A DNA stretch of 50,633 nucleotides, taken from contig JACPVB010000004.1 of the NCBI GenBank assembly GCA_016191985.1, forward strand, positions 1 to 50,633, given 5' to 3'. The notes under the pieces were generated by a model, which ran no database searches, had not been told where the DNA came from, and saw only the letters and a program-made list of their open reading frames with translations. A program made the position numbers and the translations under genes. Source of the DNA: Chloroflexota bacterium. GTDB lineage: Bacteria > Chloroflexota > Anaerolineae > Anaerolineales > Villigracilaceae. Every line of letters begins with the position of its first letter. The first letter of the stretch is position 1. This document shows positions 26,621 through 34,814 of the stretch, piece after piece.

Positions 26621-27262
26621 TCAAGTTCCAGCCTCTTTCCCGTTATCCTTATAGCTTAAATGGGTGTTGACTTGTTCCAGCAGAAGCAGGATTTCATGCC
26701 GTTCGCTGGTGAGGTGCTGGAGTGATACGGCGAGGTTTTCCCTTTCCGATTCGTTTAGCGTAGGCAGGAGACCCTCGGCGCGAGCGATGCGTCCGTTCTT
26801 TTCAGCCAGTTTGATCTCAAGGCGTTTGCGATAGCCTTCGTAGAATTCCTTTTCGCTGAGCGGTTCCACCATTTCGGGCACGGGCTTGTTGAGCAATTCT
26901 TCGATGAGGGGCAGGAATTCCTCGAGAACGACCGGTTTTTCCATGAAGCGGGTGGCGCCGATGGTGAGGGCGAAGGCTTTATCTTCAGGGGCAACGTAGG
27001 TGGCGGAGAGAAAGATGACGGGGATGTTGCGTGTTTCCGGTTCGATGCGCAGGCGGTGGACGAGACTGAAGCCGTCCATCCTTGGCATGAGGATGTCGGT
27101 GATGATGAGGGCTGGCTGTTCCTTTTGAATGAGCGCCAGCGCCTCCTGCCCGTCTCGTGCAGTGGCCACGCGGTAGCCTTTGAATTTGAGGGTGGTATCC
27201 AACAAGTTGAGGATGTCGGGAACGTCTTCCACGACCAGCAGAGAGCCTTTGTTTGTGTTCAT
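26621..27262 (-). CDS. Response regulator (receiver domain plus helical C-terminus)
   Basis: VVEDVPD, TDILMPRMDG, LSA and EKP motifs. Start placed at ATG 27262, 6 nt below TACAAT. Confidence 0.9.
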   Translation of the reverse strand: MNTNKGSLLVVEDVPDILNLLDTTLKFKGYRVATARDGQEALALIQKEQPALIITDILMPRMDGFSLVHRLRIEPETRNIPVIFLSATYVAPEDKAFALTIGATRFMEKPVVLEEFLPLIEELLNKPVPEMVEPLSEKEFYEGYRKRLEIKLAEKNGRIARAEGLLPTLNESERENLAVSLQHLTSERHEILLLLEQVNTHLSYKDNGKEAGT

Positions 27263-27583
27263 GTGTTTATTGTAGCCCTTAATTCCTATCTTTTGAATTG
27301 TTAAAAGATTGCTATTTGCAATGGATGTTATACGTTGTAAGCATTCTCTTTCTGACGATAAATCCTTTCCCGCTCTGTGGCGGATGAATTTATGGATGTG
27401 GCAAGGCTGAAAGCAATAATACCAAACTATTTTACTCCGCCATGCTTTCATAACATGTTCTCCCCAACTCCCGAAATATGGAAATGTAAGGGACAATCAG
27501 GCCAGAGGAGGCAATGTAGGCCGCTGTCAAATTATTATCCAAAAGCAATATTTCCAGACCACCCTCAGGGTTATACTGCCACT

Positions 27584-28813
27584 ATGATGAAAGAGACAAA
27601 ATCCATCGATGTGCTCTCCTTGTTGCGCCTGACATTTAATAACCTGGCGGATGATGAACTGCGAGAGGTGGCGGCTCTGACTCACCTATGCACGTATCCC
27701 ACCGACCACATTTTGTGTCATGAAGGTGAGTATGAAGAGACCTTCTATATTATTGCCGAAGGCAGTGCCGTCATTAGCAAGAATATCAGCGAGCTGGAAG
27801 GGGAGCGGATTCTGCGCGTGGCGGGCATAGGGGACCTGGTCGGCGAGATGGGGTTGATCCAAAACGCGCCGCGCGCCGCAACCGTGCGCACCACCTCGGA
27901 TTGCACTGTGCTCGAGATGGACAAAAAAGATTTCGATACCATGCTCAGCCGCAGTCCAAAGATGGCGCTCTCCATCATTCGGACGACGCTCGACCGTATG
28001 CGCGAAAACGATCAAATGTTGATCCATTATTTGCAAAACACCAACAAGATATTACGCCAGTTGGACCGCAATAAACTGGAGTTCATTCAAGTAGCTGCCC
28101 ACGAACTTCGCACCCCGTTGACCGTGCTCATGGGATATGCCAACCTATTGCGGGCATCTCCCGAAATACGGGCAAACCCCTCATTGGGTGATGTAATCGA
28201 CGGCGTTCTTAAAGGGACTGACCGTATGCATGGCGTAGTGAATACCATGCTGGATGTAACCCGCATCGATAACGAGACCTTGGAACTGCGCCCTGCGCCC
28301 GTGCCGTTGAGGAGGCTGGTACGGGATGCGGTGGAGGATTTTGCCAATGCCGCCAAAGAACGCCGCCTCGAGCTGACCTTTCGGCCTGATGGCGACATCC
28401 CAAACATTAATGGCGACCCAAGCCTGATCCAAAAGGCGCTGCATCACATGATCGTCAATGCCATCAAATACACGCCGGATGGCGGCAGGGTGACTCTAAG
28501 CACCCGCCCGGTGACAATGGAAAGGAATGTGCCCGGTGTCGAAATCCGTGTAACAGACACAGGCATTGGGCTGGACGCAGAGCACCATGAACTGGTGTTT
28601 GAAAAATTCTATCAGGTGGGCAATGTGGCTATTCACTCATCGGGGAAGACCAGCTATAAGGGTGGCGGACCTGGCTTGGGGCTGGCAATTGTCCGCGGAG
28701 TGGCGCGGGCGCACGGCGGCAAAGCCTGGGCGGAAAGTTCAGGGCACGATGAGGTCAATTTCCCCGGCTGCACCTTTTATCTCCAACTTCCCATTGACCC
28801 GCCCACGCGGTAG
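27584..28813 (+). CDS. Cytoplasmic sensor histidine kinase with N-terminal cyclic-nucleotide-binding domain (paralogue)
   Basis: VGEMGLIQNAPRAATV; AHELRTPL; NAIKYT, DTGIGL and GPGLGLAI. Start placed at ATG 27584, 6 nt below TATACT. Confidence 0.92.
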   Translation: MMKETKSIDVLSLLRLTFNNLADDELREVAALTHLCTYPTDHILCHEGEYEETFYIIAEGSAVISKNISELEGERILRVAGIGDLVGEMGLIQNAPRAATVRTTSDCTVLEMDKKDFDTMLSRSPKMALSIIRTTLDRMRENDQMLIHYLQNTNKILRQLDRNKLEFIQVAAHELRTPLTVLMGYANLLRASPEIRANPSLGDVIDGVLKGTDRMHGVVNTMLDVTRIDNETLELRPAPVPLRRLVRDAVEDFANAAKERRLELTFRPDGDIPNINGDPSLIQKALHHMIVNAIKYTPDGGRVTLSTRPVTMERNVPGVEIRVTDTGIGLDAEHHELVFEKFYQVGNVAIHSSGKTSYKGGGPGLGLAIVRGVARAHGGKAWAESSGHDEVNFPGCTFYLQLPIDPPTR

Positions 28814-28942
28814 TTGTGGGTCACGTTAACAAACTCGAGTCCGCCATCCCCGGTGCAGGAAGTGAATTACTGCCACTTGTTTGCATTCGCCCTCTAATTA
28901 TGCAATGATAGATATACTTCGGCCAACTCAAAGGAGAGTGTA

Positions 28943-29476
28943 ATGACCAACTTTCCCCTTCCACTCAATCAAGATGAATCCATCCTCAAAACAGACTCGA
29001 GTGCTGCGCACGTGCGCAATGCCGCGCTTGGGATGGGGTACAACGTGATCTACGGTATGTTGTGGCTTACGGACCAGCGCCTTGTCTTTCGGTCTGCCAT
29101 TCTGGGAAATACACTGTCATACCCACTGAGCCGGGTTGCAAAGGCTGAACGGGTGGAGGTCAGCCTTTCGCGCAGGCAGACGCAATTCTCCTCTCAATTT
29201 TATGATGCCGCGCTTCGTGTGGAATTTGATAACGTTGGCAGGGAGTATTTCCTTACCAACGAAATCGCAGATTGGGCCGCCGCCATATCGAACGCCAAAG
29301 CCACTGCCCCCAATTTGCCGTTTACTCAAATGCCGCCGACAACTTCCGCAGTGGAGCAGGGCGCACGCGGACTCTGGGTGATCCTCGGCATCATGGCTGG
29401 CATTGTCCTGCTCTTTTGTTGTTCCGTGGTTGCCTGTTTTGGATTGTCATTCCTGGTTTCGCTCTCAGGGCAGTGA
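28943..29476 (+). CDS. Hypothetical protein with PH/GRAM-like domain and C-terminal TM helix
   Basis: AAGGAG RBS; YGMLWLTDQRLVF motif; hydrophobic Cys-containing C-terminal helix. Confidence 0.75.
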   Translation: MTNFPLPLNQDESILKTDSSAAHVRNAALGMGYNVIYGMLWLTDQRLVFRSAILGNTLSYPLSRVAKAERVEVSLSRRQTQFSSQFYDAALRVEFDNVGREYFLTNEIADWAAAISNAKATAPNLPFTQMPPTTSAVEQGARGLWVILGIMAGIVLLFCCSVVACFGLSFLVSLSGQ

Positions 29477-29495
29477 TAGTTTTTTTACCCCCACC

Positions 29496-29524
29496 AGCCT
29501 CCCCCAAGTGAGGGAGGCTTTTTT
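29496..29524 (+). terminator. Intrinsic terminator
   Basis: AGCCTCCC-ccaagtga-GGGAGGCT-TTTTT. Confidence 0.7.
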
Positions 29525-29594
29525 GTACTATTTATTGTAGGCAGGGACAAGTCCCATCGAATTTTAAGGAAGGAGTAATTTCACAACGAAAATG

Positions 29595-30158
29595 TCAATA
29601 AACGCGAATAACCTGGCCGGCATAGATCAGGTTGATATTGTAAATCTGTGGGTTGAGTAATTGCAGGCTGTAAACGCTGGTGCCGTAATAACCGGCGATC
29701 TTCTTCAAAGTATCTCCCCGCTGCACTGTGTAATAGACCGGCACGGCAGGGATGTAAATCACCTGCCCGGCATAGATTCGGCTGGGATCCCAAATGGTGG
29801 GGTTGGCGGCCAGCAGGTCATTGACCGAGACGCCATAATATCCCGCAATTTTTGCAAGGGTATCACCCCACTGCACAACATAGGTCCCGCTTGAGACGGG
29901 CGGATAGTAGACCGTTGAACTGCCCGTTGGAATATACAGCACTTGACCGGCGTAGACCCACCACCCAAGGCCGGGGTTGGCGGCTTGAATGGCGTAAACC
30001 GTAGTTCCGCACAGAGCCGCGATGCCGCTCAATGTGTCACCCCATTGCACGGTGATGTAGGAAGAGCAATACCAGGCGGAGGCGCTGCCGGCAGACCCGA
30101 GGGCGCTGACCAGTACGGCGGCGAGAACGATGACTTGAAAAATCCTTTTGTAAGACAT
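29595..30158 (-). CDS. Secreted protein with three LysM peptidoglycan-binding domains
   Basis: Signal peptide; three 'VQWGDTL..IA..G.....L...NP......IYAGQV..IP' repeats. Confidence 0.93.
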   Translation of the reverse strand: MSYKRIFQVIVLAAVLVSALGSAGSASAWYCSSYITVQWGDTLSGIAALCGTTVYAIQAANPGLGWWVYAGQVLYIPTGSSTVYYPPVSSGTYVVQWGDTLAKIAGYYGVSVNDLLAANPTIWDPSRIYAGQVIYIPAVPVYYTVQRGDTLKKIAGYYGTSVYSLQLLNPQIYNINLIYAGQVIRVY

Positions 30159-30194
30159 GGCGTTTCTCCTTTTCTATGGGTAATGCGGTTTAAG

Positions 30195-30231
30195 AAAAAA
30201 CCCTGCATCTAATACTAAGATACAAGGTTTT
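30195..30231 (-). terminator. Terminator-like hairpin just upstream of the LysM gene
   Basis: Minus strand AAAACCTTGTATCT-tagtatt-AGATGCAGGGTTTTTT. Confidence 0.5.
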
Positions 30232-30387
30232 GCGATGGATTTCAATTGCAGGTTTGTTGAAACAGCACTTGGCCTTCCCGCCAATCTACTCCTCACTATG
30301 TTTCCGGCGAACATCCCCAAAATGAGGATACGTTTGGCAGTGCATCCTGGGCTGGCGGCAGTTTTTTGAACATGGACCACTGTCGAT

Positions 30388-30903
30388 TTAGCAACCAAGC
30401 CTGCAAACCCATCTCGATCTGCCAGTAAGATTGTTAGTGACGAGCCTGTACCTTTTGATTCTTGAGCCACCACACCCACAGGTAACCCCGCTCGCTCTAA
30501 TGGGATTGCTTTTAACCTCGGTGAATACCCCGACATTCAATTCTGTGGAAGTCGCGGCTCCCAATTCGGTCTTTACATACTCATATAGCTCGTCTAGCAG
30601 GGAAATTGGGATGGGGGCGTTCTTCGTATATTCTGTCAGCTCTTCCTCGCTAACCTCCTCCCCCACCATACACTTCAACGCATTGTCAACCAGCTCCAGG
30701 TAGCCAAATTCAACCAAATATGGGAGCTCGCCTGGCTCATTACTGGAATCCTTTTCATCATAGGCCACACGTAAACCTACCAGAAGATGGTCCTTATCGA
30801 ACGATTCTAAATGGCTCTTGAGCTTGTCTTCAACAAATTTGAATACATCATAGTGCTTTTCGAGCGGGACTGGCCCTGTGTAGAATGCCTGTTTTGATCT
30901 CAT
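30388..30903 (-). CDS. Hypothetical protein: acidic N-terminal domain with cationic four-cysteine C-terminal tail
   Basis: AAGGAG RBS before ATG 30903; ends TCGCGGSRIKRYRLVTNNLTGRSRWVCRLGC. Confidence 0.75.
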   Translation of the reverse strand: MRSKQAFYTGPVPLEKHYDVFKFVEDKLKSHLESFDKDHLLVGLRVAYDEKDSSNEPGELPYLVEFGYLELVDNALKCMVGEEVSEEELTEYTKNAPIPISLLDELYEYVKTELGAATSTELNVGVFTEVKSNPIRASGVTCGCGGSRIKRYRLVTNNLTGRSRWVCRLGC

Positions 30904-30962
30904 GTTTTCTCCTTTGGCTTGATGGATCATCGCGCTTCTTGGGCATGTAGAATGCGAACCTG

Positions 30963-32519
30963 TCACGGAAGTTCGGCGACTTGCAATGCTTGGATTATCT
31001 CATCTGTGGTGGGTTTGATTTCGGGGAACACCTCCGCGCTATCCTGAAGGTCAACGATCACCTCGTCGAGAATATCCTCGTCCAGGTAGGGGATAATGAG
31101 GGCGTAGGTTTTCTTTGCGGCTTCATATTCACCCGCATATAACTGTACCAGCCCGAGGTAGTGATAGTTTTCGTAGCCTTCAGGGTCGATCTCAATGGCC
31201 TTTTCCAGGTCATCGATCGCATTCTGAAATTCCCCACGATTCATCCACTCGATACCGCGAAAGAAATATCCTTCTTCCGGGGCGAACTCAACGGCGGCGT
31301 CCAGGTCGCGCATGACCGCATCGGGGTCGCTTTGCAGGCTTGCACGGTTCACATAGGCGCTACCCTTATAGGGAGTATTGTTCTCGATCAAATAATTAAA
31401 GTCGGTTATAGCCTCATCGTTCCTGCCCAATATCATCTGCAGGAACCCGCGATTTAACCATGCCTCGTACAGGTTCGGGTTTTTGTCGATTGCCTTTGAG
31501 TACGATTCAATTGATTTCTCTTCATCGGGAACTGTTGAAAAATGAGGGTCGTAAAAAAGCCCAAGCAGGTAATACCCTTCGGCTATATCCAGCGGATTAA
31601 GCTCCTCCCGGACCGCCTCATCAAGCGCATCTGCCAGCCGTGCCTGGGCTTCGGCTACCTGCCCGTTCAACAGCAGGAGTTCGGTCAGTGCAAACTGTGA
31701 AACAAAGGAAATATGCTCAGGTTCCTTCAATTGAAACTCAACCGAGGTCGCTTCAGAAATGCCAAGCTCTGAAAGATTGCGGTGTGGATCTCCGAGGGCG
31801 GGCGCTTCGAGATGGATTTTATAGATGACTGCATCGCTTCGACCCCAGATCACAATATCCGCGTCGTGAGTTTCAGCTATCTCCGTAGCGATGGTGACTA
31901 CTTTAACCGGCTCGAAGAGACGGCAGACTGTGTAGAAATCACCCGCCTCATAATTGACCAATGAATCGTATATGCTGTCGGAGATCAACAATTGCGGCTC
32001 GGCGGTTGGCTCCTGTAAATCGGCTATGACGATCCGTAATTCATCTTTACTTCGGGAGTCGTTGCACGTAAGGGACGGGTTCGTTGATAATTCGCGGATG
32101 ACACCTGTAATATTGACCCCAGTCCAGCCAAGCGTGAACAGCGTCAGGGATAAAATGACACCCGCATCGATCCGCCGCAGTATCAAGGGCTGGGTATAGT
32201 TCTCGCTGCTGGTCGTTCGGATCGGATCCAGGAGACGTTCGAGCAGGGAACGGGTGGGGGGCGTTTTCGCGCCTCTCCCTTTTTGGGCTGCCCCGCCTTG
32301 CGATTCTTTCTTTTTACTTCTAAGTTTTGCCCAGCGCCAGTTAATTACCAGGATCGAAGTGGCAAGGATCGTCAGCAGAGAGGTGGTCTTTTGGTATGGA
32401 ATATCCCCGATGCCAATGATGGCCACGAGGTAAGCCGTCACCGCCCCAACCGAGGAGGCGATATCGGTGACAGATTTTATGATCGTCGGGATGGAACCGG
32501 GGGTGCGCTCTTCTCTCAT
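30963..32519 (-). CDS. Membrane-anchored tetratricopeptide-repeat protein
   Basis: About three N-terminal TM segments; a central IVIADL...ADIVIWG domain; C-terminal TPRs (AWLNRG, AYVNRA, YFFRG, YHYLGL). Confidence 0.85.
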   Translation of the reverse strand: MREERTPGSIPTIIKSVTDIASSVGAVTAYLVAIIGIGDIPYQKTTSLLTILATSILVINWRWAKLRSKKKESQGGAAQKGRGAKTPPTRSLLERLLDPIRTTSSENYTQPLILRRIDAGVILSLTLFTLGWTGVNITGVIRELSTNPSLTCNDSRSKDELRIVIADLQEPTAEPQLLISDSIYDSLVNYEAGDFYTVCRLFEPVKVVTIATEIAETHDADIVIWGRSDAVIYKIHLEAPALGDPHRNLSELGISEATSVEFQLKEPEHISFVSQFALTELLLLNGQVAEAQARLADALDEAVREELNPLDIAEGYYLLGLFYDPHFSTVPDEEKSIESYSKAIDKNPNLYEAWLNRGFLQMILGRNDEAITDFNYLIENNTPYKGSAYVNRASLQSDPDAVMRDLDAAVEFAPEEGYFFRGIEWMNRGEFQNAIDDLEKAIEIDPEGYENYHYLGLVQLYAGEYEAAKKTYALIIPYLDEDILDEVIVDLQDSAEVFPEIKPTTDEIIQALQVAELP

Positions 32520-32649
32520 TGTGGTTCCCAACAATAATTTGGATAAAAGCAGGTTACAGTCACTATACAACGCGCGCCATCAAATTTCAAGTGGCTGCAT
32601 GGGCAATTTTCAAGGCTTTCTCAAACCTGCGCTCCTCCTGCTCGTCAAT

Positions 32650-32687
32650 AAAAAAAGCTCCCGAAGCCAAAGCCTCAGGAGCCTTTC
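32650..32687 (-). terminator. Probable terminator of the cytochrome/YeeE operon
   Basis: Imperfect GCTCC...GGAGC stem followed by a T-run on the minus strand. Confidence 0.45.
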
Positions 32688-32721
32688 CAATTACCACTTA
32701 CTGCTCACTATTCACTGAATT

Positions 32722-34023
32722 CTACCCACACCCGCCCCCGCTCTTATCGCGTTTCAACTGCAATTTGATCTTCTGCTCGAACTCCAGTTTTTCGTACTCG
32801 ATTGGGTCGGGCGAGCATGACTCGTAGCGGCTGCCTAATGCTGCGGGGAAGAGATAGCCCAATTGGTCGTCCCCAGCATTCGGGTCGGCACGAAGCGTTT
32901 TGTCATCTTTTCCAAAGAATGCGATCCAGTTATTCACTCCGCCTTCCAGAATGTACACATTCTGCACACTTGATCCCACCAGCAGTTTCCACGCATCTAC
33001 GGCGGCGGTTTCATCGTTGCTCATCAAAATGAAGACTGTATTCGCGGGCGGCTCGCTCAGCAGCACGGGCACAATTTCCAGCACGCGCTCCAGCGGCACA
33101 TTGACCGCATCCTCGATGTGATACAGGTTGTAGTCCGCCTCCGAGCGCACATCCAAATATACAGGGTTCATGGACTGGTTGTACTTGGCCTTGAACGCTT
33201 CGGCGGGCGAGGTGAAAGCCAGGCGCTTCTCCAGCATTTCATCCGCTGTGTAAATGTAGGTGTTGACGATGGGGTCCGCATTCAATTGCGGGATGGTCTC
33301 GGTGCGCGTAAAGGTGACTTTGTTATAGCGTTCTTCGAGCGAGGGATTGCCGATTGCCAGCACGGCCACCGCCGCAGCGAAGAGGGCAACGGCTCCAGCG
33401 ACCCGCAGCCTGGGTTCCTTTGCCAGATCTTTTTTACCAAAGATGCGCTCCAACTGTTCGCCGCCCCAGAACATAAACAAGGCCATCAACACGACGATCA
33501 ACACCACTGCCCCGACAGGAATGCCAAAGACCTGGTCGAGCGTCACACGCCCGAAATAGCCCGCGTTGTTATACCAGTTGGTGAAGTACTGCTCCGTTTC
33601 ACCGAACAGGAACGCACCCACGAAGCCGCCCAGCATGAACAACATGCCATCGATCTTGCCGGTGGATGCGGAGGCCAGCGAGGTGGTGGGGCAGAACCCA
33701 CCGACGATAAAGCCCACGCCCATAATCAACCCGCCAACGATACCCGAGGCAAGATAGGTGGGGTTGACCCACACCTGGCTGAAATCAAGAAGACCAAGCC
33801 CCACTGCACCGAACAACAGCACCATTGCCACTGCAATGGCCGTGAACATCACTTTGAGCACGGTAAGCTCGGTGAAATAAAACTGAGCCGCGAGTTTTCT
33901 TGAGTCGCCGAAGCCAGACATTTCCAACGTATACCCGAACGCAAAACCGATCACCGCGAACAAGACATACGTCCACGGGTTCGCCGCGCTCACTGCAATA
34001 AAAGAGGGGAGAGGAAAGTTCAT
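32722..34023 (-). CDS. YeeE/YedE sulfur-transporter domain fused to a rhodanese-like domain, C-terminal GGGCG
   Basis: GGLIMGVGFIVGGFCPTT (YeeE Cys motif); YLDVRSEADYNLYHIEDAVN and YILEGG (rhodanese); GGAG RBS before ATG 34023. Confidence 0.88.
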   Translation of the reverse strand: MNFPLPSFIAVSAANPWTYVLFAVIGFAFGYTLEMSGFGDSRKLAAQFYFTELTVLKVMFTAIAVAMVLLFGAVGLGLLDFSQVWVNPTYLASGIVGGLIMGVGFIVGGFCPTTSLASASTGKIDGMLFMLGGFVGAFLFGETEQYFTNWYNNAGYFGRVTLDQVFGIPVGAVVLIVVLMALFMFWGGEQLERIFGKKDLAKEPRLRVAGAVALFAAAVAVLAIGNPSLEERYNKVTFTRTETIPQLNADPIVNTYIYTADEMLEKRLAFTSPAEAFKAKYNQSMNPVYLDVRSEADYNLYHIEDAVNVPLERVLEIVPVLLSEPPANTVFILMSNDETAAVDAWKLLVGSSVQNVYILEGGVNNWIAFFGKDDKTLRADPNAGDDQLGYLFPAALGSRYESCSPDPIEYEKLEFEQKIKLQLKRDKSGGGCG

Positions 34024-34045
34024 GAGGTTTCTCCAGTTATCTAAT

Positions 34046-34090
34046 GGTGGTCGAGTAGGTCGAGCGATAGCGAGACCGTATCGAGACCAC
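34046..34090. repeat. REP-like structured repeat (GGTCGAGTAG...CGTATCGAGACC type)
   Basis: GGTGGTCGAGTAGGTCGAGCGATAGCGAGACCGTATCGAGACCAC; a further GTAG-type hairpin lies at 34133-34157. Confidence 0.5.
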
Positions 34091-34177
34091 ACCTTGTAAT
34101 TTCATATTTATTCTTAATTGCTGGTTTCGATATGGGCGAGAAGAGTATTCGCCCTACTCAACCAGCAAGGGATATTA

Positions 34178-34723
34178 TTAATTCCACAACTTCCGTACAA
34201 AATAGGCCACCCCATATGCGCCGCCGAAGATCGCAAACATAACGACCCACGAACCCGCCGAAAGGGTTGCCCCTCCTGAAAGCGCCTGCCCGGAGGTGCA
34301 TCCACGCGCCATGCGCGCGCCGTACAGGAAGAGCACACCGCCAAGGAAGGCCATCAGCCAGCGAGTGCGGTTCGAGATATTGGGTCCCTTGGTGGTGACC
34401 AGCTTCAGGCGTCCATTGAACGCGCCCGATGCAAATCCGCCGAGGAGCGCGCCGAAGAACAACGGCACGATCCAATCATCCAGTGGATTCTTATCCCCGC
34501 CCGCCATCTTCAATAAATACGGGTTGTTATCCACGTGCGAAGGCGAGACCGCATCCACGATCAACGCATCGATGCGGCTGGTAGCGCCCGAAGAGCCGAG
34601 TCCGTTACCCGTCAGGAAGAAAGCCAGGAACAGTACAACTCCCAGCACCACCCCGCCAAAGTACGGATGCACATACGGTTTTTCAGGTCGGTTGAAGATC
34701 GATTTCTTTGTTTGAGTAGTCAT
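34178..34723 (-). CDS. YeeE/YedE family thiosulfate/sulfur transporter
   Basis: GARMARGCTSGQALSG motif; AAGGAG RBS before ATG 34723. Confidence 0.9.
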   Translation of the reverse strand: MTTQTKKSIFNRPEKPYVHPYFGGVVLGVVLFLAFFLTGNGLGSSGATSRIDALIVDAVSPSHVDNNPYLLKMAGGDKNPLDDWIVPLFFGALLGGFASGAFNGRLKLVTTKGPNISNRTRWLMAFLGGVLFLYGARMARGCTSGQALSGGATLSAGSWVVMFAIFGGAYGVAYFVRKLWN

Positions 34724-34814
34724 TTGTGACTCCTTGGTTGAAGGTCGCAGGTTGAAAGTTGAAGGCTGGATGAATGGATTGATGCGATTGCCCAACCCAT
34801 TCATCCTTCATTAT

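Noticed and set aside
27263-27583. Overlapping N-terminal extensions of ORFs 26621..27496 and 27377..28813
   Set aside because: The extensions have no domain content and overlap head-to-head. The -10 boxes point to starts at 27262 and 27584, so this is a divergent promoter region.
34024-34092. N-terminal extensions of the YeeE genes (to 34092 and to 34804)
   Set aside because: They are translations of REP and heptamer repeats. RBS-supported starts are at 34023 and 34723.
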